Assembly: GCA_046964515.1 (NCBI GenBank)
Contig: JBKUYM010000001.1
Location: 402,842-466,841, forward strand
Length of the DNA: 64,000 nt
From: Clostridia bacterium
GTDB taxonomy: Bacteria > Bacillota > Clostridia > TANB77 > CAG-508
Reading direction: 5' to 3'
Shown: positions 1-10,094 of the stretch, in pieces
How the letters are laid out: the number at the start of each line of letters is the position of its first letter
Numbering within the stretch: position 1 is the stretch's first letter
Notes under the pieces: generated by a model
Databases searched by the model: none
The model's input: only the letters and a program-made list of their open reading frames with translations
Told to the model about the DNA's origin: nothing
Program-made: the position numbers and the translations under genes

Positions 1-477
1 GAACCCATAGGTGGATTCTTGTCAGGGATAGGCACAGGTGGAACATTAATGGGAGTAGGTAAAAAATTAAGAAAAATACATCCAGAAGCGCAAATTGTAG
101 CCATAGAGCCAGATAAAATGCCACTATTATCTAAAAATAGAGCTATTGGAAATCATAAAATAGAAGGTATTGGTGATGATTTTATTCCTGAGTTAGTAGA
201 TAGAAACATGATTGATAAAGTCATTGTGATTAATGACGAAGATGCGGTAAATATGACAAGGCTACTATCTAGGAAACTAGGTATAGGAGTAGGTATTTCT
301 TCAGGCGCCAACTTCTTGGGGTCTGTTATCTTAAATGACCGTGTAGAAAATCCAGTAGTTACGGTGTTCCCAGATGACAATAAAAAATATTTGTCCACAG
401 ATTTAGCACAAAATGTGGATAAACAAGATAATTATATATCTAATCATATTCAATTAATCGGATGGGAAGCTATATAA
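1..477 (+). CDS. cysK: Cysteine synthase / O-acetylserine sulfhydrylase, C-terminal part (5' end outside window)
   Basis: The frame is open from nt 1. The translation EPIGGFLSGIGTGGTLMGVGKKLR...GISSGANF matches the PLP-dependent CysK/CysM C-terminal region, including the GTGGT loop and the SSGAN motif. Confidence 0.75.
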   Translation, partial: EPIGGFLSGIGTGGTLMGVGKKLRKIHPEAQIVAIEPDKMPLLSKNRAIGNHKIEGIGDDFIPELVDRNMIDKVIVINDEDAVNMTRLLSRKLGIGVGISSGANFLGSVILNDRVENPVVTVFPDDNKKYLSTDLAQNVDKQDNYISNHIQLIGWEAI

Positions 478-486
478 AATAAAAAT

Positions 487-520
487 GTCAGAAAGAAATT
501 TCTTTTTGACATTTTTTATT
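487..520 (+). terminator. Rho-independent terminator after cysK
   Basis: Hairpin tgtcagaaagaaa/tttctttttgaca followed by a T-run. Confidence 0.55.
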
Positions 521-615
521 TCTAGGGATTTATAAAAATGGAAGAAAACGGTTGCAAATTTTACTGAAATTTGATAAACCTATAAGGTAGAAAATATAGA
601 AAAGGAGATTCATTT

Positions 616-1725
616 ATGAAAAAATATCATTTTACATCAGAAAGTGTAACATCAGGACATCCAGATAAAGTGTGTGATTTTATTTCAGATAGTATATTAG
701 ATGCTTGTTTAACACAGGATAGGCAAGCAAGAGTAGCCATAGAAACATTTGTATCCAGCAATAAAGTAACGATTGCTGGACAAATAACAACAACCGCCAA
801 TATAGATGTAGAAAAAATTGCAAGAGAGTGCTTACAAGAAATTGGTTTTGATAATGCACAAACCGATATGGATTATAGAACTTGTCAAATAGATGTGAAT
901 ATTACAAAGCAAAGTCCAGATATTGCTATGGGGGTAGATACTGGTGGAGCAGGAGACCAAGGAATTATGTTTGGATATGCTTGTGATGAAACAGAAAATT
1001 ACATGCCTTATGCTATTGAAATGGCACATAGATTAGCAAGACAATTAACCAAAGTAAGAAAAAATGGAGAAATAAATTATTTAAGACCAGATGGAAAAAC
1101 ACAAGTTACTGTAGAATATGAAAATGACAAACCAAAACGAATAGAGACAATTTTAATTTCTACACAACATAAAGAAAATGTCAATATGGAAGTGTTAAAA
1201 AAAGACATAAAAGAAAAAGTAATTCAAAAAATAATACCGGCTGACAAAATAGATGAGCAAACGAAAATTTATATTAATCCCACAGGAAGATTTGTTATAG
1301 GAGGACCTTTAGGAGATACAGGGTTAACTGGAAGAAAAATTATAGTAGATACTTATGGTGGATATGCGAGAAATGGAGGTGGTGCCTTTTCTGGAAAAGA
1401 TGCAACAAAAGTAGATAGGTCAGCTAGTTATATGCTTCGTCATATTGCTAAAAACATAGTTGCCAATCAATTAGCCAGAAAATGTGAAATACAAGTTGCC
1501 TATGCCATTGGTATGGACAAACCAGTCTCTTTATATATAAATACGTTTGGAACAGCTACAAAACCAGAAGAAGAAATTATTCAAGAGATAAAAGAAAAAT
1601 TTGATTTGACGCCAGAAGGTATCATACAATATTTACAATTAAAAGAACCAATATATACGAAAACAACAAATTATGGACATTTTGGAAAAGAGAATTTATC
1701 TTGGGAAAAAATCATAAAATGGTAA
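616..1725 (+). CDS. metK: S-adenosylmethionine synthetase
   Basis: The N-terminal [16 protein letters not shown] motif and [19 protein letters not shown] are hallmark MetK signatures. There is an AAGGAG RBS 8 nt upstream. Confidence 0.9.
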   Translation: MKKYHFTSESVTSGHPDKVCDFISDSILDACLTQDRQARVAIETFVSSNKVTIAGQITTTANIDVEKIARECLQEIGFDNAQTDMDYRTCQIDVNITKQSPDIAMGVDTGGAGDQGIMFGYACDETENYMPYAIEMAHRLARQLTKVRKNGEINYLRPDGKTQVTVEYENDKPKRIETILISTQHKENVNMEVLKKDIKEKVIQKIIPADKIDEQTKIYINPTGRFVIGGPLGDTGLTGRKIIVDTYGGYARNGGGAFSGKDATKVDRSASYMLRHIAKNIVANQLARKCEIQVAYAIGMDKPVSLYINTFGTATKPEEEIIQEIKEKFDLTPEGIIQYLQLKEPIYTKTTNYGHFGKENLSWEKIIKW

Positions 1726-1753
1726 GAAATATAGTAGAAATTTTCAATTTCTA

Positions 1754-3256
1754 CTATATTTTTATATCTTCTTTTACAAAGCCTTTAGAGAGAATTAACA
1801 ATATCCAATAAAAAAGGATATAAAGACCTAATTTCAAAATAAGAGAAAATAAGGAATTAGATAGGTCAAAGTCTAAAAAAGAAAAAATAAAATTAACCAA
1901 TACAATACTAAAGAATGGTTTTAAAAGCCAATTTGCAAAATCTATCTTTAGGTTTGTATATTTTACTAACATACAAAAACTAAGCAATCCATTTATAAGT
2001 TCACTAATAAAAATAACCAAAATATATCCATAAATACCACTGACAGGTAATAAAAAATAGATACAAAAGACACTAATTAATAAATCTAAAATATTGATTC
2101 CCATAACCAAAACTTGTTTATCCAATCCTTTTAAAATGCTATCTACAATAGAATCAATATACATCAATACAATTAAAGGTGCTAATATTTTAACAAATTT
2201 TGCAACTTCAGGCTCTTGATAAACAAAACTACTTAACTCTCTAGAAAAACACCAAAAAATACCTAAAACTAGAAAAGAAAAAATAAAACTAAATTTAAAA
2301 ATTTTAGATAAAGCCACCTGCATTTTTTCGTAACTTCTTTTCGCTTGCATATAAGAAAACTCAGGTATCAGTAAAGAACTAAACGAATTAATAAAAGTAC
2401 AGGGAAATAAAATCAAAGGCATAGCCATTGCTTGAATCATACCATATTGAGAAAGAGCTCTTTCACAGGACAAGCCAGATTTCTCTAATTGCAAAGGAAT
2501 TAAGATTTGTTTTAAAGTAGAAAGACCAGAACGAATATAGGAGGTAATCGCAATAGGGATAGAAATCTTCAAAATTTGCTTTGTATAATTAGTATCTTGG
2601 TAAAGATTAGCTTGTAGTTTTTGTTTATCTCTTTGATATAAACAAAATAATAATAGAAAAGAGCCTACTTCAGAAAGCGTAGAACCTAATACTAAAGAAA
2701 GACAAGCATATTCTAATCCATTTGGCATAAAAAAGTTTAAGAAACAGGTAACAAAATAAATTTGTAAAACTTGTTCTAAAACTTGTGATACAACGGTTTT
2801 TTTTACATTACGCATAGCGGTAAAATAACCTTGCATACTAGAAGACATTGCTAAAAAAGGTAAACTAAAAGCAAGAATACGTAAAGGCATACTAGAAATT
2901 TTACCATGTAACCAAGTAGTAGAAATCCAAGGTGCCAGAAAAAATAATAGTGAGCAAGAAAGAAGACCCATAAACAAACTATAAGATAAACACTTTTTAA
3001 CTGCTTTTTTGATACCAGTTTCAAAACCATAGGCTAATTGTTCAGAAACAATACGCGTACTTGCTAGATGAATACCAGAATTTGCTAAAGTAATAGCAAA
3101 TAAATAAATAGACATGACAAGTTGATAGATACCTACAGCTTCTGTTCCAATTTTATTAGAAATGTAAACATTAAAAGAAAGTCCAATGGTTCGCATAGCA
3201 AGAGACGTAGCAGTCAATAAAATACCATTCCATAAAAATACCTTAACTCTTTTCAA
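1754..3256 (-). CDS. Polysaccharide biosynthesis/MOP-superfamily flippase, SpoVB-like
   Basis: About 500-aa polytopic membrane protein. The N-terminal region FLWNGILLTATSLAMRTIGLSFNVYISNKIGTEAVGIYQLVMSIY aligns with B. subtilis SpoVB/MurJ-like proteins. The likely start is TTG at 3256 (RBS AAAGGTGA); the longest ORF extends to 3325. Confidence 0.65.
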   Translation of the reverse strand: MKRVKVFLWNGILLTATSLAMRTIGLSFNVYISNKIGTEAVGIYQLVMSIYLFAITLANSGIHLASTRIVSEQLAYGFETGIKKAVKKCLSYSLFMGLLSCSLLFFLAPWISTTWLHGKISSMPLRILAFSLPFLAMSSSMQGYFTAMRNVKKTVVSQVLEQVLQIYFVTCFLNFFMPNGLEYACLSLVLGSTLSEVGSFLLLFCLYQRDKQKLQANLYQDTNYTKQILKISIPIAITSYIRSGLSTLKQILIPLQLEKSGLSCERALSQYGMIQAMAMPLILFPCTFINSFSSLLIPEFSYMQAKRSYEKMQVALSKIFKFSFIFSFLVLGIFWCFSRELSSFVYQEPEVAKFVKILAPLIVLMYIDSIVDSILKGLDKQVLVMGINILDLLISVFCIYFLLPVSGIYGYILVIFISELINGLLSFCMLVKYTNLKIDFANWLLKPFFSIVLVNFIFSFLDFDLSNSLFSLILKLGLYILFYWILLILSKGFVKEDIKI

Positions 3257-3375
3257 AAAATCACCTTTGTAAATATATGAAATAAAGTATGAAATTATTA
3301 ATTGCTTTAAGAATTTGGTAACCACCTTTAGAAGTTTTCATAAAATAGAATAACCAAGAAAAAAGGAGGTGAATT

Positions 3376-4626
3376 ATGAAAAGTAAAATATATAAATTAT
3401 GTATTTGTATAATGCTAGTGGCAACATTACCTTTTTATATTTTAATAGCACCAGTATATGCATTTGGACCATCACAATCAGAATTATATGAAGGGATAGA
3501 TGTTAGCGGTTGGCAAGAGACAATTAATTATGCACAGGTAAAACAAGCGGGTATAGAAATTGTTTATATGAAAGCAAGTGAAGGAAGTAATTTTATAGAT
3601 CCATATTTTAATCAAAATTATACAAATGCAAAGGCTAACAACTTAAAAGTGGGTTTTTACCATTATGTAAGAGCTAGAAGTGTAGAACAAGCCATAACAG
3701 AAGCTAATTTTTTTGCATCTGTCATTGCAGAAAAAAGTGCCGATTGCAGATTGGCAATGGATTTTGAAGATTTCGGAAACTTATCTAATGAACAAATTAA
3801 TCAAATAGGACTCACGTTTTTAAAAACTTTAGAAAATGTAACTAAAAAAGAAGTTGTCGTTTATAGCAATACTTATAGTGCTAGAACCAAATTTAGTGGA
3901 GAAATTACCAACTATCCATTATGGGTAGCACAATATGGGGAACCCCAGCCAACACCAAATGGAAATTGGAATACGTGGATTGGCTGGCAATACACAGACC
4001 AAGGAGAAATCGCTGGCATACAAGGCTATGTCGATAGAGATAAATTCACAAGAGATATCTTATTAGAAGATAGCTCACAAATACCAACACCAGAACCAGC
4101 ACCAAATCCTCCAACGCCACCTACAACAGAAGAAACCACCACGATTATCATACAAAGAGGAGATACTTTATCGGCATTAGCACTTCGCTATCATACCACA
4201 GTAGCAAGATTAGTAGAATTAAATCAAATAGCAAATCCAAACTTGATATATGCAGGGAATACTCTAATTGTTCCTACAGAAGGAAGTGCAAGTGGTAATG
4301 GTGGAGGAGAAAATACTTGTAGTGATGAAGTCTATATTGTAAGAGCAGGAGATACCTTATCTGGTATAGCAGCAACCTATCATACTACCGTAGCAGCTAT
4401 AGCAAATGCCAATCACATTCCTAATATCAATTTAATTTATATTGGACAGAGATTATTCATTCCGAATAATCGTTGTGATATGTCCCATACTTTATACCAA
4501 GTAAGATGGGGAGATACTTTATGGGGAATTTCTAGAAGATTTGGTGTCAGCATTGCAACAATTGTAAAATTAAATAGAATTGCTAATCCAAATCGTATTT
4601 ATGCAGGTACTACTTTAAGAATTTAA
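3376..4626 (+). CDS. Secreted GH25 muramidase with three C-terminal LysM repeats (autolysin-like)
   Basis: Signal peptide. GH25 motifs (DVSGWQ, GFYHYVRA). Pro/Thr linker. Three repeats of GDTL..IA..Y.TTV..L...N.I.NPN.IY.G..L.IP, which is the LysM pattern. Confidence 0.8.
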   Translation: MKSKIYKLCICIMLVATLPFYILIAPVYAFGPSQSELYEGIDVSGWQETINYAQVKQAGIEIVYMKASEGSNFIDPYFNQNYTNAKANNLKVGFYHYVRARSVEQAITEANFFASVIAEKSADCRLAMDFEDFGNLSNEQINQIGLTFLKTLENVTKKEVVVYSNTYSARTKFSGEITNYPLWVAQYGEPQPTPNGNWNTWIGWQYTDQGEIAGIQGYVDRDKFTRDILLEDSSQIPTPEPAPNPPTPPTTEETTTIIIQRGDTLSALALRYHTTVARLVELNQIANPNLIYAGNTLIVPTEGSASGNGGGENTCSDEVYIVRAGDTLSGIAATYHTTVAAIANANHIPNINLIYIGQRLFIPNNRCDMSHTLYQVRWGDTLWGISRRFGVSIATIVKLNRIANPNRIYAGTTLRI

Positions 4627-4850
4627 AAGCAAAAACTAGAAATATAGATAAGCAATCATAAAAAAGTAAAGTTATAGATGACAGAAAAAGTCTTAAATAA
4701 CTTTCTTTTTTCTTTTTCTGACCAAATAAGCACTAAGAAGAAACCATTAACATAAGATACAATAAGCAGATTGTTATTTTATAAACCAGTACAAACGAAA
4801 AATAAATATAAGAAAAAAATAGGTAAAAAACAACAAAGGGTGATAAAAAT

Positions 4851-5597
4851 ATGAAAAAAGTATTAGAAGTAAAAAACATAAGTAAAAAATACCAAGCATT
4901 AAATGGAGAGGTAGAAGCACTTCACAATGTTTGCTTTTCCATTAATGAGGGAGAATTTGTTAGCCTCATAGGTCCTAGTGGTTGTGGAAAATCAACCATT
5001 CTTTCTATTATAGCAGGACTAGAAAAAGCATCTTCTGGGCAAGTACAAATAGAAGGAGAACTAGGATATATGCTACAAAAAGATAGCTTATTAGAATGGA
5101 GAACCATTTATCAAAATGCCATATTTGGATTAGAAACTAGACACATAAAAACAAAAGAAAACCAAGAATATGTAATAGAACTATTAAAAAAATATCATTT
5201 ATATGCATTTAAAGATAAATATCCAGCACAACTATCTGGTGGCATGAGACAAAGAGCCGCGTTAATCCGAACTTTAGCTATAAAACCTAAGATTTTATTA
5301 TTAGATGAAGCTTTTTCAGCATTAGACTATCAAACGAGGATTATGGTTACAAAAGATATCTATGACATTTTAAAAAATGAACAGATAACAGCTCTAATGG
5401 TAACACACGACATATCAGAAGCCATTAGTATGTCTGATAGAGTGATTATTTTATCGAATAGACCGGCAAAAGTAAAAGATATAATAACCATTGATTTTGA
5501 AATGGAAAACAAAGACCCTCTAAATTGTCGTGAAAGTCCCAAATTTAGTAAGTACTTTGATACCATTTGGAAAGGACTGGAAATTATAGATGAGTGA
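4851..5597 (+). CDS. ABC transporter ATP-binding protein (NitT/TauT, SsuB/TauB-like)
   Basis: Walker A GPSGCGKST, signature LSGGMRQR, Walker B LLLDEAFSALD. About 250 aa single-domain ATPase. Confidence 0.85.
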   Translation: MKKVLEVKNISKKYQALNGEVEALHNVCFSINEGEFVSLIGPSGCGKSTILSIIAGLEKASSGQVQIEGELGYMLQKDSLLEWRTIYQNAIFGLETRHIKTKENQEYVIELLKKYHLYAFKDKYPAQLSGGMRQRAALIRTLAIKPKILLLDEAFSALDYQTRIMVTKDIYDILKNEQITALMVTHDISEAISMSDRVIILSNRPAKVKDIITIDFEMENKDPLNCRESPKFSKYFDTIWKGLEIIDE

Positions 5598-6378
5598 AGA
5601 AAGAAAAAAATACTTAAAAAAGCAGAAAAAAGAAAAAATAACCATATTTACCACGCAAGTTGCTATTGTTGTCCTATTCATAGCTTTGTGGGAAATTTTA
5701 GCTAATATAGGCGTTATTGACAGTTTCATTATGAGTCAACCCTCTAGAATTTTGAAAACTTTTATGAATTTATCCCAAAACGGTTTATTGGAACATATAG
5801 GAATTACCTGTTTAGAAACCATCATTGGTTTTTTGTTGGGTACTATTTCAGGAACCATAATCGCTATTTTATTATGGTGGTCTAAATTCTTATCGAAAGT
5901 AGCAGAACCTTTTCTAGTAGTATTAAATAGCTTACCCAAAATTGCCTTAGGACCAGTCATTATCATATGGGTAGGAGCAGGTATGCCAGCCATTATTGTA
6001 ATGGCACTAGCAATTTCTTTAATTGTAACAATTTTAGAAATATTAAATGGATTTTTAAATACCGATAAAGAACTTATCAAAATGGCAGAAACCTTTCATG
6101 CCAATCGTCTACAAATTTTAACTAAAATTATTATTCCTGCCAATATAGCAACCTTTTTTAACTCTTTAAAAGTCAATATAGGACTCTCTTTAGTAGGTGT
6201 TATATCAGGAGAATTTTTAGTATCAAAAGCAGGATTAGGTTACTTAATTGTATATGGAGGGCAAGTATTTCAATTAGACTTAGTAATGACCAGTGTAATC
6301 ATACTAGCCATAGTAGCAGCACTCATGTATGAAGCCGTAATCATCATCGAAAAATTAACACATTTGGGGACGGGGTAG
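5590..6378 (+). CDS. ABC transporter permease (SsuC/TauC-like)
   Basis: Six-TM BPD_transp_1-type permease, translationally coupled to the upstream ATPase by an 8-nt overlap. Confidence 0.8.
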   Translation: MSEERKKYLKKQKKEKITIFTTQVAIVVLFIALWEILANIGVIDSFIMSQPSRILKTFMNLSQNGLLEHIGITCLETIIGFLLGTISGTIIAILLWWSKFLSKVAEPFLVVLNSLPKIALGPVIIIWVGAGMPAIIVMALAISLIVTILEILNGFLNTDKELIKMAETFHANRLQILTKIIIPANIATFFNSLKVNIGLSLVGVISGEFLVSKAGLGYLIVYGGQVFQLDLVMTSVIILAIVAALMYEAVIIIEKLTHLGTG

Positions 6379-6523
6379 TTTTGTTTATTATAAAGAAAAT
6401 CATAAGTAGAAGAAGACCCACTAAAAATAGGCGGTCTTCTATATTTATGTAACCAAATAAAAAAAGAAGAATAAAATAGTATAGAAAATAACTTTCTAAA
6501 ATCAAAAAAAGGGGGAAACTATT

Positions 6524-7540
6524 TTGAGAAAATATGTGATTGCTATTTTAATAGTTATTTTGTTAATTGCTGGTATAACTACATATGTGTTTACAAGAAA
6601 TGCATCACAAACAGCAAATTTACAAAAGATTAAACTAAATGAAGTAACTAGATCGGTTTTTTATGCACCACAATATGTAGCTATTCAAAAAGGATTTATG
6701 GAAGAAGAAGGGTTAGAGGTAGAAATAACAACAGGGCAAGGTGCTGATAAAGTTATGACAGCTATCTTAGCAGGCCAAAGTGATATAGGTCTTGCAGGAC
6801 CAGAAGCATCTATTTATGTGTACAATGAGGGAAAAGAAGATTTTACACAAGTTTTTGCACAATTAACACAAAAGGATGGTTCTTTCTTAGTTAGTAGAAC
6901 GCCAACAGACAATTTTAAATGGCAAGACTTAAAAGGAAAAACCATTATTCCAGGTAGAAAAGGTGGCGTGCCATATATGACATTGGAATATATCTTAAGA
7001 CAAAATGGATTAAATCCAGAAACTGATTTAATTTTAGACGATAGTATAAAATTTGATTTAATGGCAGGTGCTTTTAGTGGAGGAACAGCAGACTATGTAA
7101 CCCTATTTGAACCAACAGCGACTATGACACAAAATGCAGGAAAGGGATATATAGTAGCTTCTGTAGGAGAAGCATCAGGAGAAATCCCTTATACAGCTTA
7201 TTTTGCTAAAAAAAGTTATATAGAAAAAAATAGTGAAAATATTCAAAAATTTACAAATGCCATTTATAAAGGACAAAAATGGGTAGAAGAACATACCACA
7301 CAAGAAATAGCAGAAGAGATTAAAGACTTTTTCCCAGATACGTCAGTAGAATTATTAGCAAAAGTATTACAAAGTTATAAAGATATAGATGCTTGGAAAG
7401 TAGAACCTACTATGAAAGAAGAATCTTTTGACTTATTACAAACGGTAATGCAACAAGCAGGAGAATTGAAACAAAAGGCACCTTTTGATAAAATTATAAA
7501 TAACCATTATGCCCAAACCGCAATAGAAAATTTACGATAA
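6524..7540 (+). CDS. ABC transporter substrate-binding protein, NMT1/THI5-SsuA family
   Basis: N-terminal signal anchor. NMT1-like periplasmic binding fold. Operon context with the ATPase and permease. TTG start with a GGGGGAAAC RBS. Confidence 0.75.
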   Translation: MRKYVIAILIVILLIAGITTYVFTRNASQTANLQKIKLNEVTRSVFYAPQYVAIQKGFMEEEGLEVEITTGQGADKVMTAILAGQSDIGLAGPEASIYVYNEGKEDFTQVFAQLTQKDGSFLVSRTPTDNFKWQDLKGKTIIPGRKGGVPYMTLEYILRQNGLNPETDLILDDSIKFDLMAGAFSGGTADYVTLFEPTATMTQNAGKGYIVASVGEASGEIPYTAYFAKKSYIEKNSENIQKFTNAIYKGQKWVEEHTTQEIAEEIKDFFPDTSVELLAKVLQSYKDIDAWKVEPTMKEESFDLLQTVMQQAGELKQKAPFDKIINNHYAQTAIENLR

Positions 7541-7550
7541 AATAGAAAAT

Positions 7551-7590
7551 AAAGCAATTTTGAGAAAAAATAAATTGCTTTATTTTTATG
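7551..7590 (+). terminator. Intrinsic terminator, copy A of the recurrent downstream motif
   Basis: Hairpin aaagcaattt...aaattgcttt followed by atttttATGaAAACTcATGAATAat. Confidence 0.55.
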
Positions 7591-7684
7591 AAAACTCATG
7601 AATAATGTTTAGAAAGAAATAGAAGAAAACAAAAACAAAAGTAAGTTATAATGAACCATGAAAATAAACAAAGGAGGAAATAAA

Positions 7685-8365
7685 ATGTACAATAAAGGTA
7701 TTACAATGATAGTTTTAGTGATTACCATCATCATACTAATTATCTTGGCAGGGGTATCTTTAAATCTTACAATAGGAGAAAATGGCATCTTTCAGCAGGC
7801 AAAACAAGCCAAAGAAAATATGCAGTTGGCAAAAATAGAAGAAGAAGAGCAACTCAATCGTACTTATGGTGAAATGATAGCACAACTCGGACCAGGGGAA
7901 AAAGAAGAACTAGAAAATAAACTAGATTCCATAAAGAAGGAATATGATGATTTCAAAAATGAGATAAAAGCTATTCTAATACAAAAAGAAATACCAGTAG
8001 GAGAAGAAGCTTCAAATGAAGAAATGATCAATCATTTAAAAGAGTTGTCAGTAGTAAGAGGGTATGTACAACCATATCTTTATGCCATGAGTTGTGGAGA
8101 CAATAGGCAATTAAATTTTGAGTTTCAATTTGATGTACAAGGATATACGACCTTATATATTGAAAGCTATAGAAATGTGGGGGCATTAACCGTTAATTTT
8201 TATGGGATAAAAGAAGATGGAACAAGTACGAAACTAACAACTTCTATTCCTAAAAAAGAAAATCCACTTCAGGTAGAAGCCTATAAAACAATAAAAATGG
8301 AAGGTGTTTGTGCAAGTAATTCTACGTTTTCACAAATTTATGTATATAATGTTACTGTAAAATAA
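7685..8365 (+). CDS. Pilin-like N-terminus family protein P1 with a beta-rich C-terminal domain
   Basis: N-terminus MYNKG|ITMIVLVITIIILIILAGVSLNLTIGENGIFQQAKQAKEN. AAAGGAGGA RBS before the ATG at 7685; the ORF track extends to 7658. Confidence 0.7.
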   Translation: MYNKGITMIVLVITIIILIILAGVSLNLTIGENGIFQQAKQAKENMQLAKIEEEEQLNRTYGEMIAQLGPGEKEELENKLDSIKKEYDDFKNEIKAILIQKEIPVGEEASNEEMINHLKELSVVRGYVQPYLYAMSCGDNRQLNFEFQFDVQGYTTLYIESYRNVGALTVNFYGIKEDGTSTKLTTSIPKKENPLQVEAYKTIKMEGVCASNSTFSQIYVYNVTVK

Positions 8366-8381
8366 TAATCAATAGGATAAA

Positions 8382-8420
8382 AAGATAGAAGTCATAAAAA
8401 TAAAAACTTCTATCTTTTTA
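8382..8420 (+). terminator. Intrinsic terminator after P1
   Basis: Hairpin aagatagaagt / acttctatctt plus T-run. Confidence 0.6.
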
Positions 8421-8488
8421 CATATTGTAAAATATATAAAATAAGCATATAATAAAAGTAATAAAAAAATAGATAGGAGAAATACAAA

Positions 8489-9608
8489 ATGGAACCATCA
8501 AAAGTATATTTTACAGATTTTCGAGCAAAACCAGGAATGAACTTATTACAAAAATTAAAGAGATTAATAAAGCAAGCAGGTATAGAAACCATAGATTTCA
8601 ACCATAAATTTGTGGCTATTAAAATTCATTTTGGAGAACCAGGAAATTTAGCATATTTAAGACCAAATTATGCTAAAGTAGTAGCAGATTACGTAAAAGA
8701 ATTAGGCGGTATTCCTTTTTTAACAGATTGTAATACCCTTTATGTAGGGAGAAGAAAAAATGCTGTGGACCATATAGACGCTGCTTACGAAAATGGATTT
8801 ACACCGTATGCTACAGGGTGTCAAGTCATCATTGCAGATGGATTAAAAGGAACTGATGATATAGAAGTTCCTGTATCTGGTGAATATGTGAAAAATGCTA
8901 AAATAGGAAGAGCCATTATGGATGCAGATATTATCATTTCCTTAAATCATTTTAAAGGTCATGAATCTACAGGCTTTGGAGGTGCTCTTAAAAATTTAGG
9001 AATGGGATGTGGATCTCGTGCAGGAAAAATGGAAATGCATAGTTCACGGAAAACCGGTACCAGATATCCAAAATTGTGTGGGATGTAAGCAATGTATAAA
9101 ACAATGCGCACATGGTGCTATTTCCTATGATAAAAATGGAAAAGTACAGATAGACCATGAAAAATGTGTGGGGTGTGGTAGATGCATTGGCGTATGCAAT
9201 TTTGATGCCATAGAGCCAGGAGATAATCATTCAAACGATATTTTAAATAAGAAAATTGCAGAATATACCTTAGCAGTTGTAAAGGGAAGACCAAATTTTC
9301 ATATAAATATCATTACCGATGTATCACCAAATTGTGATTGTCATAGTGAAAATGATAGTCCAATCGTACCGAATATAGGCATGCTTGCTTCTTTTGACCC
9401 AGTCGCTTTAGATATGGCGTGTGCTGATTTGGTTAATAAGCAAACACCATTTGCCAATAGTCACATAGGGGATATAGAACATGAGAATGGAACGAAACAT
9501 GCAGATGTTTTTATAAGAAACCATCCAGAGACGAATTGGAAAGTGGGATTAGAACATGCACAAAAAATAGGAATTGGCAATGAACAATACGAATTGAAGA
9601 AAATTTAA
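8489..9608 (+). pseudogene. DUF362-domain protein with two 4Fe-4S ferredoxin motifs, interrupted by a +1 frameshift near 9050
   Basis: Two overlapping ORFs, 8489-9088 and 9009-9608. Together they reconstitute one DUF362/ferredoxin protein: ...GMGCGSRAGKMEMHSS then KPVPDIQNCVGCKQCIKQCAHGAI...CVGCGRCIGVC. The frame changes in an AAAA run at about 9050-9053. It could be a sequencing error, a real pseudogene or a programmed frameshift. Confidence 0.6.
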
Positions 9609-9901
9609 GAAATAAAGATAACAAAAATGATAATAGTTCTCAATTTGAAAAAATGATGCTGGAAAGTATTGAAAATAGACGAATTGAAAAAACTCAAAAA
9701 AGAATTGGAAAAAGCATGAATGATTCTGTAATAATATTGTAACAAAACTGTAATATGATTGTAATACAAAAAACAAAGTCAAGAGTGTCAATACTTGCAT
9801 AAAAAAAATTGCCTAAAAAACATACTAGACAAAAAAGACAAACAAGACAAAACGCTTATATATCAATGAAAAATGGATATATTGACATAACAAAAGGACG
9901 T

Positions 9902-9928
9902 TTGACAATTCTATAGAATTCATATAAT
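9902..9928 (+). promoter_or_regulatory. Putative sigma70-type promoter with an embedded 14-bp perfect palindrome AATTCTATAGAATT (candidate operator)
   Basis: TTGACA ... TATAAT with a short spacer. The palindrome lies between the -35 and -10 elements. Confidence 0.35.
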
Positions 9929-9930
9929 AT

Positions 9931-9967
9931 GTAATCACTTCGAACGGAGTGATTACATATTTTTTTA
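9931..9967 (+). terminator. Strong intrinsic terminator hairpin, a possible leader/attenuator or sRNA terminator about 130 nt upstream of nrdD
   Basis: gtaatcact-tcgaacg-gagtgattac, a perfect 9-10 bp stem, followed by atattttttt. Confidence 0.6.
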
Positions 9968-10094
9968 TACAAAAATCGAAGAAAAAAGAAAAATAACAAA
10001 AATGAGAATGATTATCAAAAAACGTAAAAACATGGATATTACATTCTGCAATGGCAGAGTTATAATATATATAATCATATAGGGGGTAAAAAAT

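Noticed and set aside
153-398. Minus-strand 81-aa ORF inside cysK, with similar antisense ORFs at 832-1029, 4922-5107, 5360-5729, 5736-6080, 10902-11147, 15924-16496, 17828-18106, 44192-44452, 54406-54687, 55240-56087, 57160-57873 and 58743-59710
   Set aside because: All lie antisense to strongly supported conserved genes, have low-complexity or hydrophobic translations, and have no RBS. These are typical shadow ORFs in AT-rich DNA.
8489-9608. Treating 8489-9088 and 9009-9608 as two separate overlapping genes
   Set aside because: The two translations are contiguous halves of one DUF362/ferredoxin protein separated by a single-nt frameshift. The 80-nt overlap in different frames is not a plausible gene arrangement.
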